Source of the DNA: an uncultured Spirochaetota bacterium
GTDB lineage: Bacteria; Spirochaetota; Brevinematia; Brevinematales; JAOACQ01
Assembly (NCBI GenBank): GCA_963768055.1
Contig: CAVYGN010000001.1
Span: 896,001-960,000, forward strand
DNA length: 64,000 nt
Direction: 5' to 3'
The notes beneath the pieces were generated by a model. The model saw nothing but the letters and a program-made list of their open reading frames with translations. It was not told the origin of the DNA and did no database searches. This document shows positions 29,844 through 40,515 of this stretch, one piece after another (the stretch's first letter is position 1; each line of letters opens with the position of its first letter). The position numbers were made by a program, and so were the translations under genes.

Positions 29844-30848
29844 ATGACAGATGAGAAAACAAGCGGTAAAATCCTGACTGCCCTGCTCGTGATTTCAATT
29901 ATAGCCGGAATAATCCTGCTTACTGTGTTTCCAATCAGGGGGGCTAAAAAAGACGGCGCCCTGAAAATCGAAAAAACAGGGGAGCTGATCAATTCCGCCG
30001 CTTATCCGGCTAATACCATCGCAGTTTTAAACATATTTTCACCCATAACATACAGCGACAGCGGGGATTATTTCGGGTTTTCGAGAACCGGTGCGATCTA
30101 CTGGGTAGACCTGTTAAAATCGGTAGAAGATAACCCAAACGTCAAGGCTGTTATTTTAAGGATCAATTCACCCGGCGGGACGGTGGCTGCCACTCAGGAG
30201 GTTTATAACGAGGTAAAACGCCTGAAGGAGAAAGGCAAGATTGTAACCGTTTCAATGGGGGACATTGCCGCTTCCGGAGCCTATTACATATCCAGCGCTG
30301 CAGATTATATCGTTGCAAATCCGGGAAGCATTGTAGGCAGTATCGGTGTTATAACCGCCGGCCTGGATTTAAGCGATCTTTTTAAAAAGATAGGTATCGG
30401 ATACAATGTAATAAAAAGCGGTAAAAATAAGGATATAATGTCGGGTTACAGGAAAATGACTGATGAAGAAAGGGAGATCCTTACCCAGCTTATAATGGAC
30501 GCGTACAGCCAATTTTTCCAGGCGGTATCGACCGGCAGGCATATCAGCCCTGAAAATCTTCAACCGATTGCCGACGGCAGGATTTTTACGGGGAGACAGG
30601 CTCAGAAAATCAAGCTCGTCGATGAAACCGGAGATTTTGAGGATACTGTTAAAATAACGGCAAAGATGTCGAAAATAACCGGAACACCTAACGTAGTCGA
30701 ACTCAGGGCCGATGTCAATAATTTTTTTAAATTTTTAACTTCGATGGGTTTTGTGCCCGTTAAAAATGAGAAGCTTACTCTGATTAAAACTCCGCTGGAT
30801 GATCTCGATACAGGCATGAGTCCCGTATATTACCTGTACGCCTATTAA
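29844..30848 (+). CDS. sppA: signal peptide peptidase SppA (36K type)
   Basis: RINSPGG, AASGAYYI, GSIGVI, KSGKNKD, ADGRIFTGRQA. Confidence 0.95.
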   Translation: MTDEKTSGKILTALLVISIIAGIILLTVFPIRGAKKDGALKIEKTGELINSAAYPANTIAVLNIFSPITYSDSGDYFGFSRTGAIYWVDLLKSVEDNPNVKAVILRINSPGGTVAATQEVYNEVKRLKEKGKIVTVSMGDIAASGAYYISSAADYIVANPGSIVGSIGVITAGLDLSDLFKKIGIGYNVIKSGKNKDIMSGYRKMTDEEREILTQLIMDAYSQFFQAVSTGRHISPENLQPIADGRIFTGRQAQKIKLVDETGDFEDTVKITAKMSKITGTPNVVELRADVNNFFKFLTSMGFVPVKNEKLTLIKTPLDDLDTGMSPVYYLYAY

Positions 30849-30859
30849 TAGGAGTTTAT

Positions 30860-31465
30860 ATGGATTTCTTTAACTATATATCTTTTTTGCCCAGGATCTT
30901 TTTTCATCCCCTTAAGAGCTATACCAGGCTGCTTGAAGAATTCAGGGGGGGGAAAGGGGCTAACATAATTTTGTATTCAGCGGGAGTCTCTATTGTCGGC
31001 AATATCTGCCTTTCGATTTCAAATAAACTCAACGGGGGCAGAGGGGGCGGAAGCGTTTACTTAATCCTGACGGATTTGCTTATCTATATGCTGATCATAG
31101 GGTTAGGATATTTGTTCAGCCTGGCTTTGATTTATTTCATCCTTTCTCTTATGGGAAGGAAAATTGAACCGGGGGAATTCATCGCCCTTTTCTTATCTTC
31201 GGATTTTTTATTCGTGATAACCCTCCCCGTTTCGATCATCCTATTATTTTTCCCGGCGGTTTTACCCTTGTTCTCGGGTTTGATCTTAATTATTATTTTT
31301 ATCATGAGCATAGTATTAAAAATAAGGGCAATAACCCTTTGTTCGTCTGTAAGTAATTTCGGTTCAGCCGCGCTCTTCTTCACTCCGCTGCTATATATAC
31401 TCTTTTCCGTGATCATAGGCGCCGTATATGGGGTGCTAAGCGTTTACAAGCTCCTTACCTATTAA
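30860..31465 (+). CDS. membrane protein (Yip1-like)
   Basis: IFFHP motif, about 5 TM helices, follows sppA. Confidence 0.6.
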   Translation: MDFFNYISFLPRIFFHPLKSYTRLLEEFRGGKGANIILYSAGVSIVGNICLSISNKLNGGRGGGSVYLILTDLLIYMLIIGLGYLFSLALIYFILSLMGRKIEPGEFIALFLSSDFLFVITLPVSIILLFFPAVLPLFSGLILIIIFIMSIVLKIRAITLCSSVSNFGSAALFFTPLLYILFSVIIGAVYGVLSVYKLLTY

Positions 31466-31482
31466 TTTCCGGAGGTAAAAGC

Positions 31483-32826
31483 TTGGAAAAGCTGAAAGAA
31501 GGATTTAAACGGTTTTTTTTATCGAAGATCGACGTTTATTTTTATCGGGAACTCTTGCCCAACTATATGTTCGGGCTTATGTTTTTCACATTCATTTTAA
31601 TGCTGGACGAACTATTCGTCCGTATCCAGGAATATGTCCAGTATAATATGCCTTTTACACAGGTTTTTATGCTCTGGTTCAATGAAATACCCTTTATGAT
31701 GACCCTCACGATACCTCTCAGTATTCTTCCGGCTTACCTGCTTACACTCGGCAGGCTTTCAAATGACAGCGAAATCATCGCGATGAAAAGCTGCGGCATA
31801 TCAACGTTCCGCATTATCAGGCCCGGTATTATTATTGGTATTATTGTAATGCTGTTTTCTTTCGTTTTTACCGATAGGATCGTCGTTCAATCTAACCTGA
31901 CATTTATAAAACTGAGGGCAAAGCTGATCTCCCAGAAGCCTGCCGTGGAATTGAAAGAAAACAAACTCCTCGATGTTGGTGGATTAAAGATTATCTATGA
32001 CAGGGAAGAAACAGAAAATAATATAGACGTGCTGTACAATGTGCATATCATCGATATCGAAGGAAGAAAGACAATAGAAGCGGAGAAGGGGAGAATCTAC
32101 TCCGACCCTGAAAATCCGGAACACTATATTTTGAAATTTATAAACGGAAGCATGTCGGAAATTAACAAGTCGACTGCAATAGGAGATAAAGACGATGAAA
32201 AGTTCTTTATCGCATCCTTCCGCTATCTTTACTATAACACATATCTGAAGCTGCCCAAGGATTTTTACAACAAAAGCCCTGATTCGATGACCATCAGGGA
32301 ACTGGCGTCCGAAATAGCCGCCCAGTCGAAAACATCCCTTGATCAGATTGACAACTTCCTGAAGGATAAAGACAGGATCACAAGGGATTTTGAAAATTTC
32401 AAAAAAACATACTCGCTCGAAACGGCCGGATTATCCAAGGAGGATGTCCTGAAGAAAGCGTCGGAATTCGATGAAAGGTTTAAAACTTTCCGGACCGAGA
32501 TTGACGCTCTGGACAAAAACATATTGAATTATAACAAGAACCTTCCTTATTTTTATATTATGAAGTATTATGAAAAGTTTGCACTGCCCTTTTCATCGCT
32601 TGCGTTCGCCCTGATCGGCCTATCAATAGGTATGTTTACTCTGAGAAGCGGAAGAAATGAAGGCCTTGGAATAAGCATAGTAATAATGCTTATGTTTTAC
32701 GGATTAAAATTCGGGACCGAAATCCTCATACAGAAAGGGGATATTCCGCCGATCATGGAATGGTTCCCCAACAGTTTATTTATGCTGATAGGGACTGTCC
32801 TGTTGGTGATTAAGGTAAGAAATTGA
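31483..32826 (+). CDS. lptF: LptF/LptG family permease (LptF-like)
   Basis: LGRLSNDSEIIAMKSCGIS, KFALPF, WFPN; 3 TM + periplasmic domain + 3 TM. Confidence 0.85.
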   Translation: MEKLKEGFKRFFLSKIDVYFYRELLPNYMFGLMFFTFILMLDELFVRIQEYVQYNMPFTQVFMLWFNEIPFMMTLTIPLSILPAYLLTLGRLSNDSEIIAMKSCGISTFRIIRPGIIIGIIVMLFSFVFTDRIVVQSNLTFIKLRAKLISQKPAVELKENKLLDVGGLKIIYDREETENNIDVLYNVHIIDIEGRKTIEAEKGRIYSDPENPEHYILKFINGSMSEINKSTAIGDKDDEKFFIASFRYLYYNTYLKLPKDFYNKSPDSMTIRELASEIAAQSKTSLDQIDNFLKDKDRITRDFENFKKTYSLETAGLSKEDVLKKASEFDERFKTFRTEIDALDKNILNYNKNLPYFYIMKYYEKFALPFSSLAFALIGLSIGMFTLRSGRNEGLGISIVIMLMFYGLKFGTEILIQKGDIPPIMEWFPNSLFMLIGTVLLVIKVRN

Positions 32827-34121
32827 AAGGGATTGCTATGGAAAATGCAGGGATTAAAAAATTTTTATCAAATAAATACACTGCCGTTCGTGCAAAAATT
32901 AAAAATTTCAGGGTTACAACCCTCGATATTTTCATAATAAAGCAGTTCTCCGCATCGTTCGTCATATCGCTGTTTTTCTTTGTAGTCATCTATATCATGT
33001 GCCAGATATTCCTGCATGTGCAATGGCTGCCCCCGGGTTCGGATTTTTTTCTGCTCACCCAGTATTATTTTTTTATGGGCGTTTACTGGCTTTACATTTT
33101 TCAGCCTTTTTCGTTTTTATTTGCATCGGTTTACGGACTTTCCAGGATGGCCCAATTCAGGGAATTGATAGCCGTGGTCAGTACAGGTACGAGCCTGTAC
33201 AGGATCAGTATCTTTCCCCTCCTTATTACAATCGTTTATTTTATAATTCTTGTAAGTTTTCTCCAGAACACCATTATCTTTCCGGCTTACCAGAAATTTA
33301 ACATCCTTGATTGGGTAATTTTTCACAAGGAAGACCCGAAAACCATCGACAGGCTGAAGGACAACCGCAATTTTTCAGTGTTCGGCTCGAACGATCTCAT
33401 TTATATAGTGGATTATTACAACGCAATTACAAAAGAAATGTTTAAAATCACAGTAATTAAACTCAAAGATACCATGAAAGATATCAAAGCAAGGGAATAT
33501 ATTTCAAATCAAAACGCATGGCTTATTACTAACGCGGAAGAACTCACAAAGGAAAGAAGCCTGGTTTATCCTGAAAAGATGAATATTATTATGAGGCTTG
33601 ACGCCGATAAGGCTTCCTGGGATGAAATAAACAAGAGATGGGTATTTCATGAAGGTATCGAAAGGGAAATTGAAAATTCGGGAGAAAGCTTTATTACAAG
33701 TAAAATAAAGAACAAATCCTACGATTTTATTCAGGACCCTCCCTATTATTTTGAAAAGGTCTGGTACAGCATAGACGCTATGTCTTACCAGGAGGGCGCA
33801 AAATATCTCGATAAACTGATAAAATCGAAACAGGATTACAAGGAAGCGGAAACCCGTTATATATCGAGATTCACGTATCCTATAGGGTTAATCTTTATCG
33901 TTCTTGCCGGCATCGGGGTAATCGATCTTTCGCGGAGAAAAATTTCTTTTATTATAAACCTTATGGTAAGCATGGTTATTTTCATTGTTTATTATATTTT
34001 CTATGCAATAGGCATATCCCTGGCGGGTAAGGGAAACATTTCCCCGGTAATCGGGGCCTCCACGGGAACGGTTTTTTTAATAATTACATCGATTTATATT
34101 TACATGAAGGCAAAAACCTAG
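32823..34121 (+). CDS. lptG: LptF/LptG family permease (LptG-like)
   Basis: LSRMAQFRELIAVVSTGTSLYRI, A.WD...W.F.EG, RFTYP; paired with lptF (start may be 32838). Confidence 0.8.
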   Translation: MKGIAMENAGIKKFLSNKYTAVRAKIKNFRVTTLDIFIIKQFSASFVISLFFFVVIYIMCQIFLHVQWLPPGSDFFLLTQYYFFMGVYWLYIFQPFSFLFASVYGLSRMAQFRELIAVVSTGTSLYRISIFPLLITIVYFIILVSFLQNTIIFPAYQKFNILDWVIFHKEDPKTIDRLKDNRNFSVFGSNDLIYIVDYYNAITKEMFKITVIKLKDTMKDIKAREYISNQNAWLITNAEELTKERSLVYPEKMNIIMRLDADKASWDEINKRWVFHEGIEREIENSGESFITSKIKNKSYDFIQDPPYYFEKVWYSIDAMSYQEGAKYLDKLIKSKQDYKEAETRYISRFTYPIGLIFIVLAGIGVIDLSRRKISFIINLMVSMVIFIVYYIFYAIGISLAGKGNISPVIGASTGTVFLIITSIYIYMKAKT

Positions 34122-34146
34122 CTTTACATCTCCCCCCTCTCTTCCC

Positions 34147-34174
34147 TTCGGGGACTTTAAAAACGGTCCCCGAA
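34147..34174. terminator. hairpin between convergent lptG and pfk
   Basis: TTCGGGGAC-N10-GTCCCCGAA. Confidence 0.5.
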
Positions 34175-35226
34175 ACAGGTCCCTATCAGGCGGGCGTCTT
34201 CGATAAGGGGATCTTCAGGCGATACGGTTTTTATCTTGCCGGCAACTAATTCCAGAGGGATTGAGGATATATCGCTTCCGTTCAATACCACCATCTGATT
34301 GAATCTCTTTTGTGAAATGAGTTCAGCTGCATGCGTGCCAAGCCTTGTAGCTAATATCCTGTCCTGGGGAGAAGGAGTCCCCCCCTTTGAAGATACCCGA
34401 GGATTGTCTCCCTCGTTTCAAGCCCTGTAAGGTTTTCAATATTCCTGGCTATATAACTGCAGGCCGATACCCTTGTGAGGCATTCGCCTTCGGAATCCCT
34501 GGGCAATTCAATTTCGGGTATGCTTATGCCTTCGGCAACTACTACAATGGAATATGGTTTTCCTTCCCGGGCCCTTTTTTCAAGATATTCTGCAATAATA
34601 TTTACGTCGTATTTTATTTCAGGTATTATTATCGCATCGCCTCCGCCGGCTAATCCCGAATAAAGAGCAAGCCATCCGGCATGATGGCCCATAACCTCCA
34701 TTACCATGATCCTCTTATGTGAATTGGCCGTTGTATGGAGCCTGTCAAGCGATTCGGCGGCAATTGTCATCGCAGAATCGAACCCGAAGGAAAAATCGGT
34801 TCCCCAAACATCGTTATCTATTGTTTTCGGTATTCCGATAATGTTCAGGCCCTCCCTGGATAGTTTATAAGCTGTTTTTTGAGTTCCATTGCCTCCGATG
34901 CAGACAAGGCAGTCGAGGCCAAGTTCCTCGTAATTTTTTTTAATGAGCTCCGGTTTGTTGAAAAGTTCTTTTGAATCGCTGTGTTTGAATGGTTTTTCAC
35001 GCGATGTTCCAAGAATAGTGCCTCCGACTGTAAGAATGCCTGACAATTTTCTCTCGTCGAGTTCAATTGTTTCGTTATGTATCAAACCCAGAAAACCTGA
35101 AGATATGCCTACAACGCTCATACCGTATTTTAGCAGGGCGGTCTTACCGACCCCGCGAATTGCAGCGTTGAGCCCGGGACAGTCGCCGCCGGAGGTGAGG
35201 ATGCCGATTCTCATGTTTTTTGACAT
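34157..35226 (-). pseudogene. pfkA: 6-phosphofructokinase (PfkA group), frameshifted at a G7 tract (34379-34385); may be intact if the frameshift is a sequencing error
   Basis: LTSGGDCPGLN, GGTILGTSR, IPKTIDND, EVMG; after LGYLQRGG the conserved TPSPQDRILATRLG...GTCFGDRF* continues in another frame. Confidence 0.85.
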
Positions 35227-35244
35227 CGGATAAAACCTCATCCT

Positions 35245-35886
35245 TTAAATTTCCATATTCTTGATCCTATGGCTTGCGTTCCTAAGAAGGGAAGTGATCT
35301 CTGCAAAGTTTTTGTTCATTATCAGTTCGGGCCTGAATACATTATTACCCATGCCGACGGCAATCGCACCGTAAGAGAGGAACTGGATCGCTGTAATAAG
35401 GTCAAGTCCACCTGTCGGAAAAACCTCAAGCAGCGGGAACGGGCCTTTGAGTTTTTGAATAAAAGTCGGGGCCATTTCACTGGCGGGAAAAAGCTTGATA
35501 ATATCGGAACCGGCTTTGTAAGCGTTATATATCTCGGTAGGGGTAAAACCGGAAAGCATGATCATTTTATCCCTGGATTTTACGGTATCCACAATATCGT
35601 AGTTTAAGATAGGACTGACAATAAAATCAACGCCGTTAAGGATTGCATCTTCCGCGTCTTTTTTTTCGAGGACAGTACCCAAACCGATTATAAGTTCAGG
35701 ATACTTCGATTTGACTTTTACTATTTCTCCAATAATGCCATGAATGGTCATTGTAAATTCTATTATACGGCAGCCCGCTTCAATGACCGAATCCGCTACG
35801 GGCAGGACGGCTTCCGGGTAAAGAGTTCGAAGGATCGGGACCAATTTTTCCTGTTTAATAAGTTCCTTTATTGAAGCAGTATTCAT
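35245..35886 (-). CDS. eda: KDPG/KHG aldolase
   Basis: VPILR, IEFT, GLGTV, FIVSP, TPTEI, KLFPA, PTGG. Confidence 0.9.
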   Translation of the reverse strand: MNTASIKELIKQEKLVPILRTLYPEAVLPVADSVIEAGCRIIEFTMTIHGIIGEIVKVKSKYPELIIGLGTVLEKKDAEDAILNGVDFIVSPILNYDIVDTVKSRDKMIMLSGFTPTEIYNAYKAGSDIIKLFPASEMAPTFIQKLKGPFPLLEVFPTGGLDLITAIQFLSYGAIAVGMGNNVFRPELIMNKNFAEITSLLRNASHRIKNMEI

Positions 35887-35912
35887 GCAGGGACCTCTTG
35901 AAAATCGACGGG

Positions 35913-37508
35913 TTATAAAGTTATGATTTTATATTTAATTATTTCAGGCACTTTTTGGAGAAGCCCGGTTATATTCTCTTCTAAATGTGTATCGAGATTC
36001 AGTATGGTCATGGCTGTTGAGTCGCTGTTATTCCTTGCGACATGCATGCTTGCAATATTTATCCTGTTTTCGCCCATAATGTTCCCGATCTTTCCTATCA
36101 CACCGGGTTTGTCTTCATTGGTAATGATAAGAAGAGACCCCTTGGGGTTGATCTCGCAGTAATAGTTATTGAACTTAACGATCTTGCCATGGTTGCCTGA
36201 ATATACCGTGCCCCAGAGGTTCATAGCGTCAGAATCGCTCTTAATCGTTATTTTGAGCAGATTAGTATATTCGGTGTCCGCTTCATTTATTTCCTGGCGC
36301 ACTTTAATGCCCCTTGATTTAGCGGTCGCGATTGAATTGACATAGTTGACCGTCTCACCGAGAAAGTTCTGGAAAAGGCCTTTAAGAGCGGCCCTGCCGA
36401 TCAGGGACAGGTCTTTTTCCTCGATATCCCCTGTACAAGTGATAGAAACTTCTTCGATCTGGCCTTCAATACATTGAGAGATCATTAATCCCATCTTTTC
36501 CGACAGAAATACGTATCCCTTGAGATTTTCAAATTCTTCCTTGCTGATGGAGGGCATATTGACTGCATTGATGACCATGCCATGGAGAAGAAAATTTGCT
36601 ACTGTTTGAGCGCTTTCCACCGCAACATTGAACTGCGCCTCCGAAGTTGAAGCTCCTAGATGCGGGTCCAAAATACAATTAGGAGCTTCGAAAAGAGGAT
36701 TCAAAGGATCGAGAGGAGGTTCCTTCGAGTAAACGTCTATTGCCGCGCCTGCAATCCGTCCGGATTTAAGGGCTTCAGCCAATACCGCTTCATTAATTAC
36801 TCCTCCGCGGGCGCAATTGATTATCCTTACGGATTTTTTCATCATATCTATTTCTTTTTGACCGATCATTCCCTTAGTCTGGTCCGTGAGAGGGGTGTGA
36901 ATGGTTATGAAATCGCTATCTTTATATATTGCCTCAAGGTCGCAGAGTTCTATTCCATGTTTAACGGCAAATTCCTCAGATACGAAAGGATCATACGCGA
37001 TTATTTTCATTTCAAAGGCTTTAGCGCGTTTTGCCACTTCGGTGCCTATCCTGCCCAGCCCGATTATGCCGAGTTTTTTGCCAAGAAGCTCTACGCCTTT
37101 AAAGGATTTTCTATCCCATTCCCTTTGAACCGAAGTTTTATAATGCGCGAAAGGGATCTTTCTTGCCAGCGATATCATCATAGCAAAAGTATATTCAGCC
37201 GTGGAAATCGTATTCCCTATCGGAGCGTTCATGACCACTATGCCTTTTTCGGTAGCTGTCGGAACATCTATATTGTCTACGCCGACCCCTGCTCTCGAAA
37301 TGACTTTTAAACCCTCTGAAGCAAGCAGTACATCCCTTGTCAATTTGGTTTCGCTGCGAACTATTATAGCGTCGTAGCCGTTAAGTTCCGCTTTTAAGGC
37401 ATCGCCTTTTAATGTTTCTTTTTCAATTACTTCCAATTCTTTATAAGATTTTAAAAGCTCTACGCCTTCCTTGTCGAGTTTGTCAGTCACGAGAATTTTA
37501 AAAGCCAT
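35913..37508 (-). CDS. serA: D-3-phosphoglycerate dehydrogenase
   Basis: [34 protein letters not shown]-terminal ACT domain (DKPGVIG). Confidence 0.96.
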   Translation of the reverse strand: MAFKILVTDKLDKEGVELLKSYKELEVIEKETLKGDALKAELNGYDAIIVRSETKLTRDVLLASEGLKVISRAGVGVDNIDVPTATEKGIVVMNAPIGNTISTAEYTFAMMISLARKIPFAHYKTSVQREWDRKSFKGVELLGKKLGIIGLGRIGTEVAKRAKAFEMKIIAYDPFVSEEFAVKHGIELCDLEAIYKDSDFITIHTPLTDQTKGMIGQKEIDMMKKSVRIINCARGGVINEAVLAEALKSGRIAGAAIDVYSKEPPLDPLNPLFEAPNCILDPHLGASTSEAQFNVAVESAQTVANFLLHGMVINAVNMPSISKEEFENLKGYVFLSEKMGLMISQCIEGQIEEVSITCTGDIEEKDLSLIGRAALKGLFQNFLGETVNYVNSIATAKSRGIKVRQEINEADTEYTNLLKITIKSDSDAMNLWGTVYSGNHGKIVKFNNYYCEINPKGSLLIITNEDKPGVIGKIGNIMGENRINIASMHVARNNSDSTAMTILNLDTHLEENITGLLQKVPEIIKYKIITL

Positions 37509-37552
37509 ACTTTCCTCCTATCAGATGACCGAGATGGCCGTTTTTTATATGT

Positions 37553-37735
37553 CTAATCAACAGCAATACAATTTACGGGACATTGGCTGGCCGCATCCTG
37601 CGCCAACGATTTGTCATAATTGGGAAGGTTTTTAACATGAGCTTTACCGTCCGCTTCAAGCTCAAAAAGATCCGGATAAACGCTTTCACATACTCCGCAT
37701 CCTATACAGGTTTCGAGATCAACTACTACAGCCAT
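37553..37735 (-). CDS. ferredoxin (single cluster)
   Basis: CIGCGVC...CPVNCI, 60 aa, AGGAGG RBS. Confidence 0.9.
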   Translation of the reverse strand: MAVVVDLETCIGCGVCESVYPDLFELEADGKAHVKNLPNYDKSLAQDAASQCPVNCIAVD

Positions 37736-37808
37736 GATCGCCTCCTACCGATTTAAATGATCAAAATTTTAACATGAATGAAAAAAATAATCAAAGATAT
37801 GAGCTTTA

Positions 37809-38765
37809 TCAGTTCAATCTAAAAAACAGGACCACCTCGTTGCCGGCCTTGTTATAAAAAAGGGCGTCGGAAAATTTTTTCATTATATAAATTCCCCTTC
37901 CGGATATCTTCTCAAGCGCCTCGATTCCTACGGGAACTGAAATGTTGTTTATGTCGAACCCTTGCCCGCTGTCGCTGATGAAAACCCTCAGGCCTTTTAT
38001 ACCCAGTTCATAATTCATAATGACCGGCTTTTCGGGATCAAGTCCGTTGCCGTAAGTTATGGCGTTTACAAGGGCCTCATGGAGAACGGTTTCTATCTGC
38101 CATATCTTTTCCGTGTTGAATTGAATCAGTTTGTTTTTGATCATGCCGACAGCCAGGCCCACAGTTTTAACAGATGACTTTACCGGGAACTTATAGGATA
38201 AATGCTGGGAATTATCAATTATTGCAAGCGGTATCGACTTGAGGCCGACCAACCGGGCCAGGGAGCTGATTTCATTTAACAGGGAGTACGAAAAAGAATT
38301 TGATTTCATAACCAGGTTTTTTAAATTGACGGCAAAGTCTTCTTTGATCCTGCCGTTAAAAATTATTATTATGTCGTCTTCAATAAAAGGCTCCGAAGGA
38401 GGGGGGCGGAAGGAAAGATTATCGAATACAATGACCTTGTTTTCATTCCTCTTTACAAGTACGAAGCTTAAATCCCGGCGGGGTGAAAAGCTTACCTTTT
38501 TACTAAAGGTGTCGGCGTAAAGGAGTGAAACCGGAGAGTTATTTTTCATAATTTTGGAAAATCCGCTTTTAAGATTAAAAGAATTATCGTTTTCAAATGA
38601 AAGCGAGGCATCGTTGTTACAGGTGATCATGAGAAGGAGTTCCGATTTATTATGCTTTTTAAATATATAAAAGTTTTCTTTGTTTTCACTGATGGTAAGC
38701 CAGAGATGATCCGTCTGGATAAAATCCTCGTAGGCTTCTTTTACCATTACATTAAATTTTTTCAT
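37809..38765 (-). CDS. anti-sigma-factor-type HATPase (RsbW-like) with N-terminal extension
   Basis: HEALVNAITYGN, ISDSGQGFD, GRGIYIM. Confidence 0.8.
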   Translation of the reverse strand: MKKFNVMVKEAYEDFIQTDHLWLTISENKENFYIFKKHNKSELLLMITCNNDASLSFENDNSFNLKSGFSKIMKNNSPVSLLYADTFSKKVSFSPRRDLSFVLVKRNENKVIVFDNLSFRPPPSEPFIEDDIIIIFNGRIKEDFAVNLKNLVMKSNSFSYSLLNEISSLARLVGLKSIPLAIIDNSQHLSYKFPVKSSVKTVGLAVGMIKNKLIQFNTEKIWQIETVLHEALVNAITYGNGLDPEKPVIMNYELGIKGLRVFISDSGQGFDINNISVPVGIEALEKISGRGIYIMKKFSDALFYNKAGNEVVLFFRLN

Positions 38766-39747
38766 AAATCCGCATGTCCCTTACTGCTTTAGACTTTAGT
38801 AAATTTCGATAATCGGTATATCTTACACCTTCTCCCGGCCTTAGTAAAAGAATATCGTCCTCGGTAAGGGTTTCACCTGCTTTAATATCCCTGGAAGCAT
38901 ACATGCTTCTCATTGAGAAAGGTTTCGATCGATTTTCAAATTCCGTAATTTTTTTTTCACCCGATCCCATCGCCTTTTCAATATCCCTTATTCCGTTTAC
39001 CATGGCTTTAAACATCCTGGGATCGAGGGACATCGAGTGATCGGCGCCCGGAATATTTCTGTCTGTAGTAAAATGCCTTTCTATCATGGAAGCGCCTAAT
39101 GCGGCCGCTCCCAGGGAAAGGTCTATACCAGCCGAATGATCGGAAAATCCCGCGGGTACATGGTACCGGCTATTTAATTTGTGAATAAAGTTCAGATCGA
39201 CATCACTCGCCTGTACCGGATAATTAGATACGCAGTAGAGGAGTGCAAGGCGCCTGGATCTAAAGATCCCGACAGCCCTGTCGATCTCTTCAAGCCTGGC
39301 GAATCCTGTTGATATTATCGTCAGGAAAGGGATTTTAAGGGATTTAAGGGCTATATTATGCAAAAAAGGTTCGTTGGTTATGTCCGAACTCGCCACCTTA
39401 ATAATAGGTGAGCCTATTTCCAAAAGAAAATCCAGTGAGTCGCCGTCGAAAGGGGTAGCGTAAAACACAAGGCCGAGAGACCTTGCAAATTTGCTTAGCT
39501 TATGTAATTCTTCGTAATTAAGCTCAAAAGATTTGAATAATTCAAACGCTTCCGGGGCCAGGTCCTTGTTGTAAAATTTCTCCGTTTTATAAACCTGGAA
39601 TTTAACCGCATCGGCTCCGCTTTCACAGGCTTTTTCTATAAGGGTTTTAGCGCTCAGAGCATTCCCCATATGATTAATGCCGATCTCTGCAGTAATAAAT
39701 ATCTTTCTTTTGTAATCATTGGAGTAAATAGAATGAATATTATACAC
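38752..39747 (-). CDS. N-acetylneuraminate synthase family (NeuB/PseI/LegI-like) with SAF domain
   Basis: AEIGINHMG, DAVKFQ, TPFD, KVASSD, GFSDHS, IERHFT, RPGEG. Confidence 0.9.
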   Translation of the reverse strand: MYNIHSIYSNDYKRKIFITAEIGINHMGNALSAKTLIEKACESGADAVKFQVYKTEKFYNKDLAPEAFELFKSFELNYEELHKLSKFARSLGLVFYATPFDGDSLDFLLEIGSPIIKVASSDITNEPFLHNIALKSLKIPFLTIISTGFARLEEIDRAVGIFRSRRLALLYCVSNYPVQASDVDLNFIHKLNSRYHVPAGFSDHSAGIDLSLGAAALGASMIERHFTTDRNIPGADHSMSLDPRMFKAMVNGIRDIEKAMGSGEKKITEFENRSKPFSMRSMYASRDIKAGETLTEDDILLLRPGEGVRYTDYRNLLKSKAVRDMRIYEKI

Positions 39748-39792
39748 TGAAGCTTCCTTAATATGGGATGTAAGCCCGGGATGTATGCCGCT

Positions 39793-40410
39793 CTATTTCT
39801 CCAACCCGAGAAGGGCCGAAGCGTTTGATATATCCTTGTACAAAGAACGGATATTGGCTTTGTTCAAAGATTCCGTAATGTCGCGCACCACCTTTTCGCT
39901 TGAGAAAGCCCCGGCAGTTTCGACATTTTCCTGTTTAACAAGGTATGTAGCCAGGTTTTTCCTTTCCTCGGCAAGTTTCGCCTGTGTATTGATAATAGAA
40001 GAATCCAAATTTGATTTGAATGTATATAAGGTTTTGCTGTCCTGTATATTTGTGCTTAGATAACTTATGATATTTTCACCGTTGAATTTGGTAGAGTTCA
40101 CTATCGCGTTTAATTCACGGGTAAGCTGGTCAAAATCAGGGGTTGTCGAAGCAAGTGATTTTTCAAAATTATCAACCTTGTTTTGCATTTCATACAATCC
40201 ATTCAGGCTCATATTGTCCTTTACGAAACTTTTCTGGAGCTGGTCCATTTTAGCCATATCCGGTGCAATGATCTTATCAGTATTGAAGATGTCTTTCTGA
40301 TCTGAAACATGGCCCTCTTTGGCGACGGAAAAGTTGTTAACAGTGTTTTTTTTTCTATAAGTCAGGTTGTCGAGAGCGGTTTTTTCAGTTAAGATATCGG
40401 ATATTTTCAT
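39793..40410 (-). CDS. hypothetical helical protein with flagellin-like segment
   Basis: ELNAIVNSTKFNGENII recalls the flagellin N-domain motif; AGGAGG RBS. Confidence 0.6.
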   Translation of the reverse strand: MKISDILTEKTALDNLTYRKKNTVNNFSVAKEGHVSDQKDIFNTDKIIAPDMAKMDQLQKSFVKDNMSLNGLYEMQNKVDNFEKSLASTTPDFDQLTRELNAIVNSTKFNGENIISYLSTNIQDSKTLYTFKSNLDSSIINTQAKLAEERKNLATYLVKQENVETAGAFSSEKVVRDITESLNKANIRSLYKDISNASALLGLEK

Positions 40411-40452
40411 AGGTCCCTCCTCCTAAGAAAACTAAAATCCTTTTTACTATTA

Positions 40453-40481
40453 ATTATATACCATTTATTTAAATTGGTAAA
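40453..40481 (-). promoter_or_regulatory. sigma70-type promoter
   Basis: TTTACC-17-TATAAT on minus strand. Confidence 0.5.
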
Positions 40482-40515
40482 GATATAAATGTTAATTTGT
40501 GGGGGTAATTTCGAA

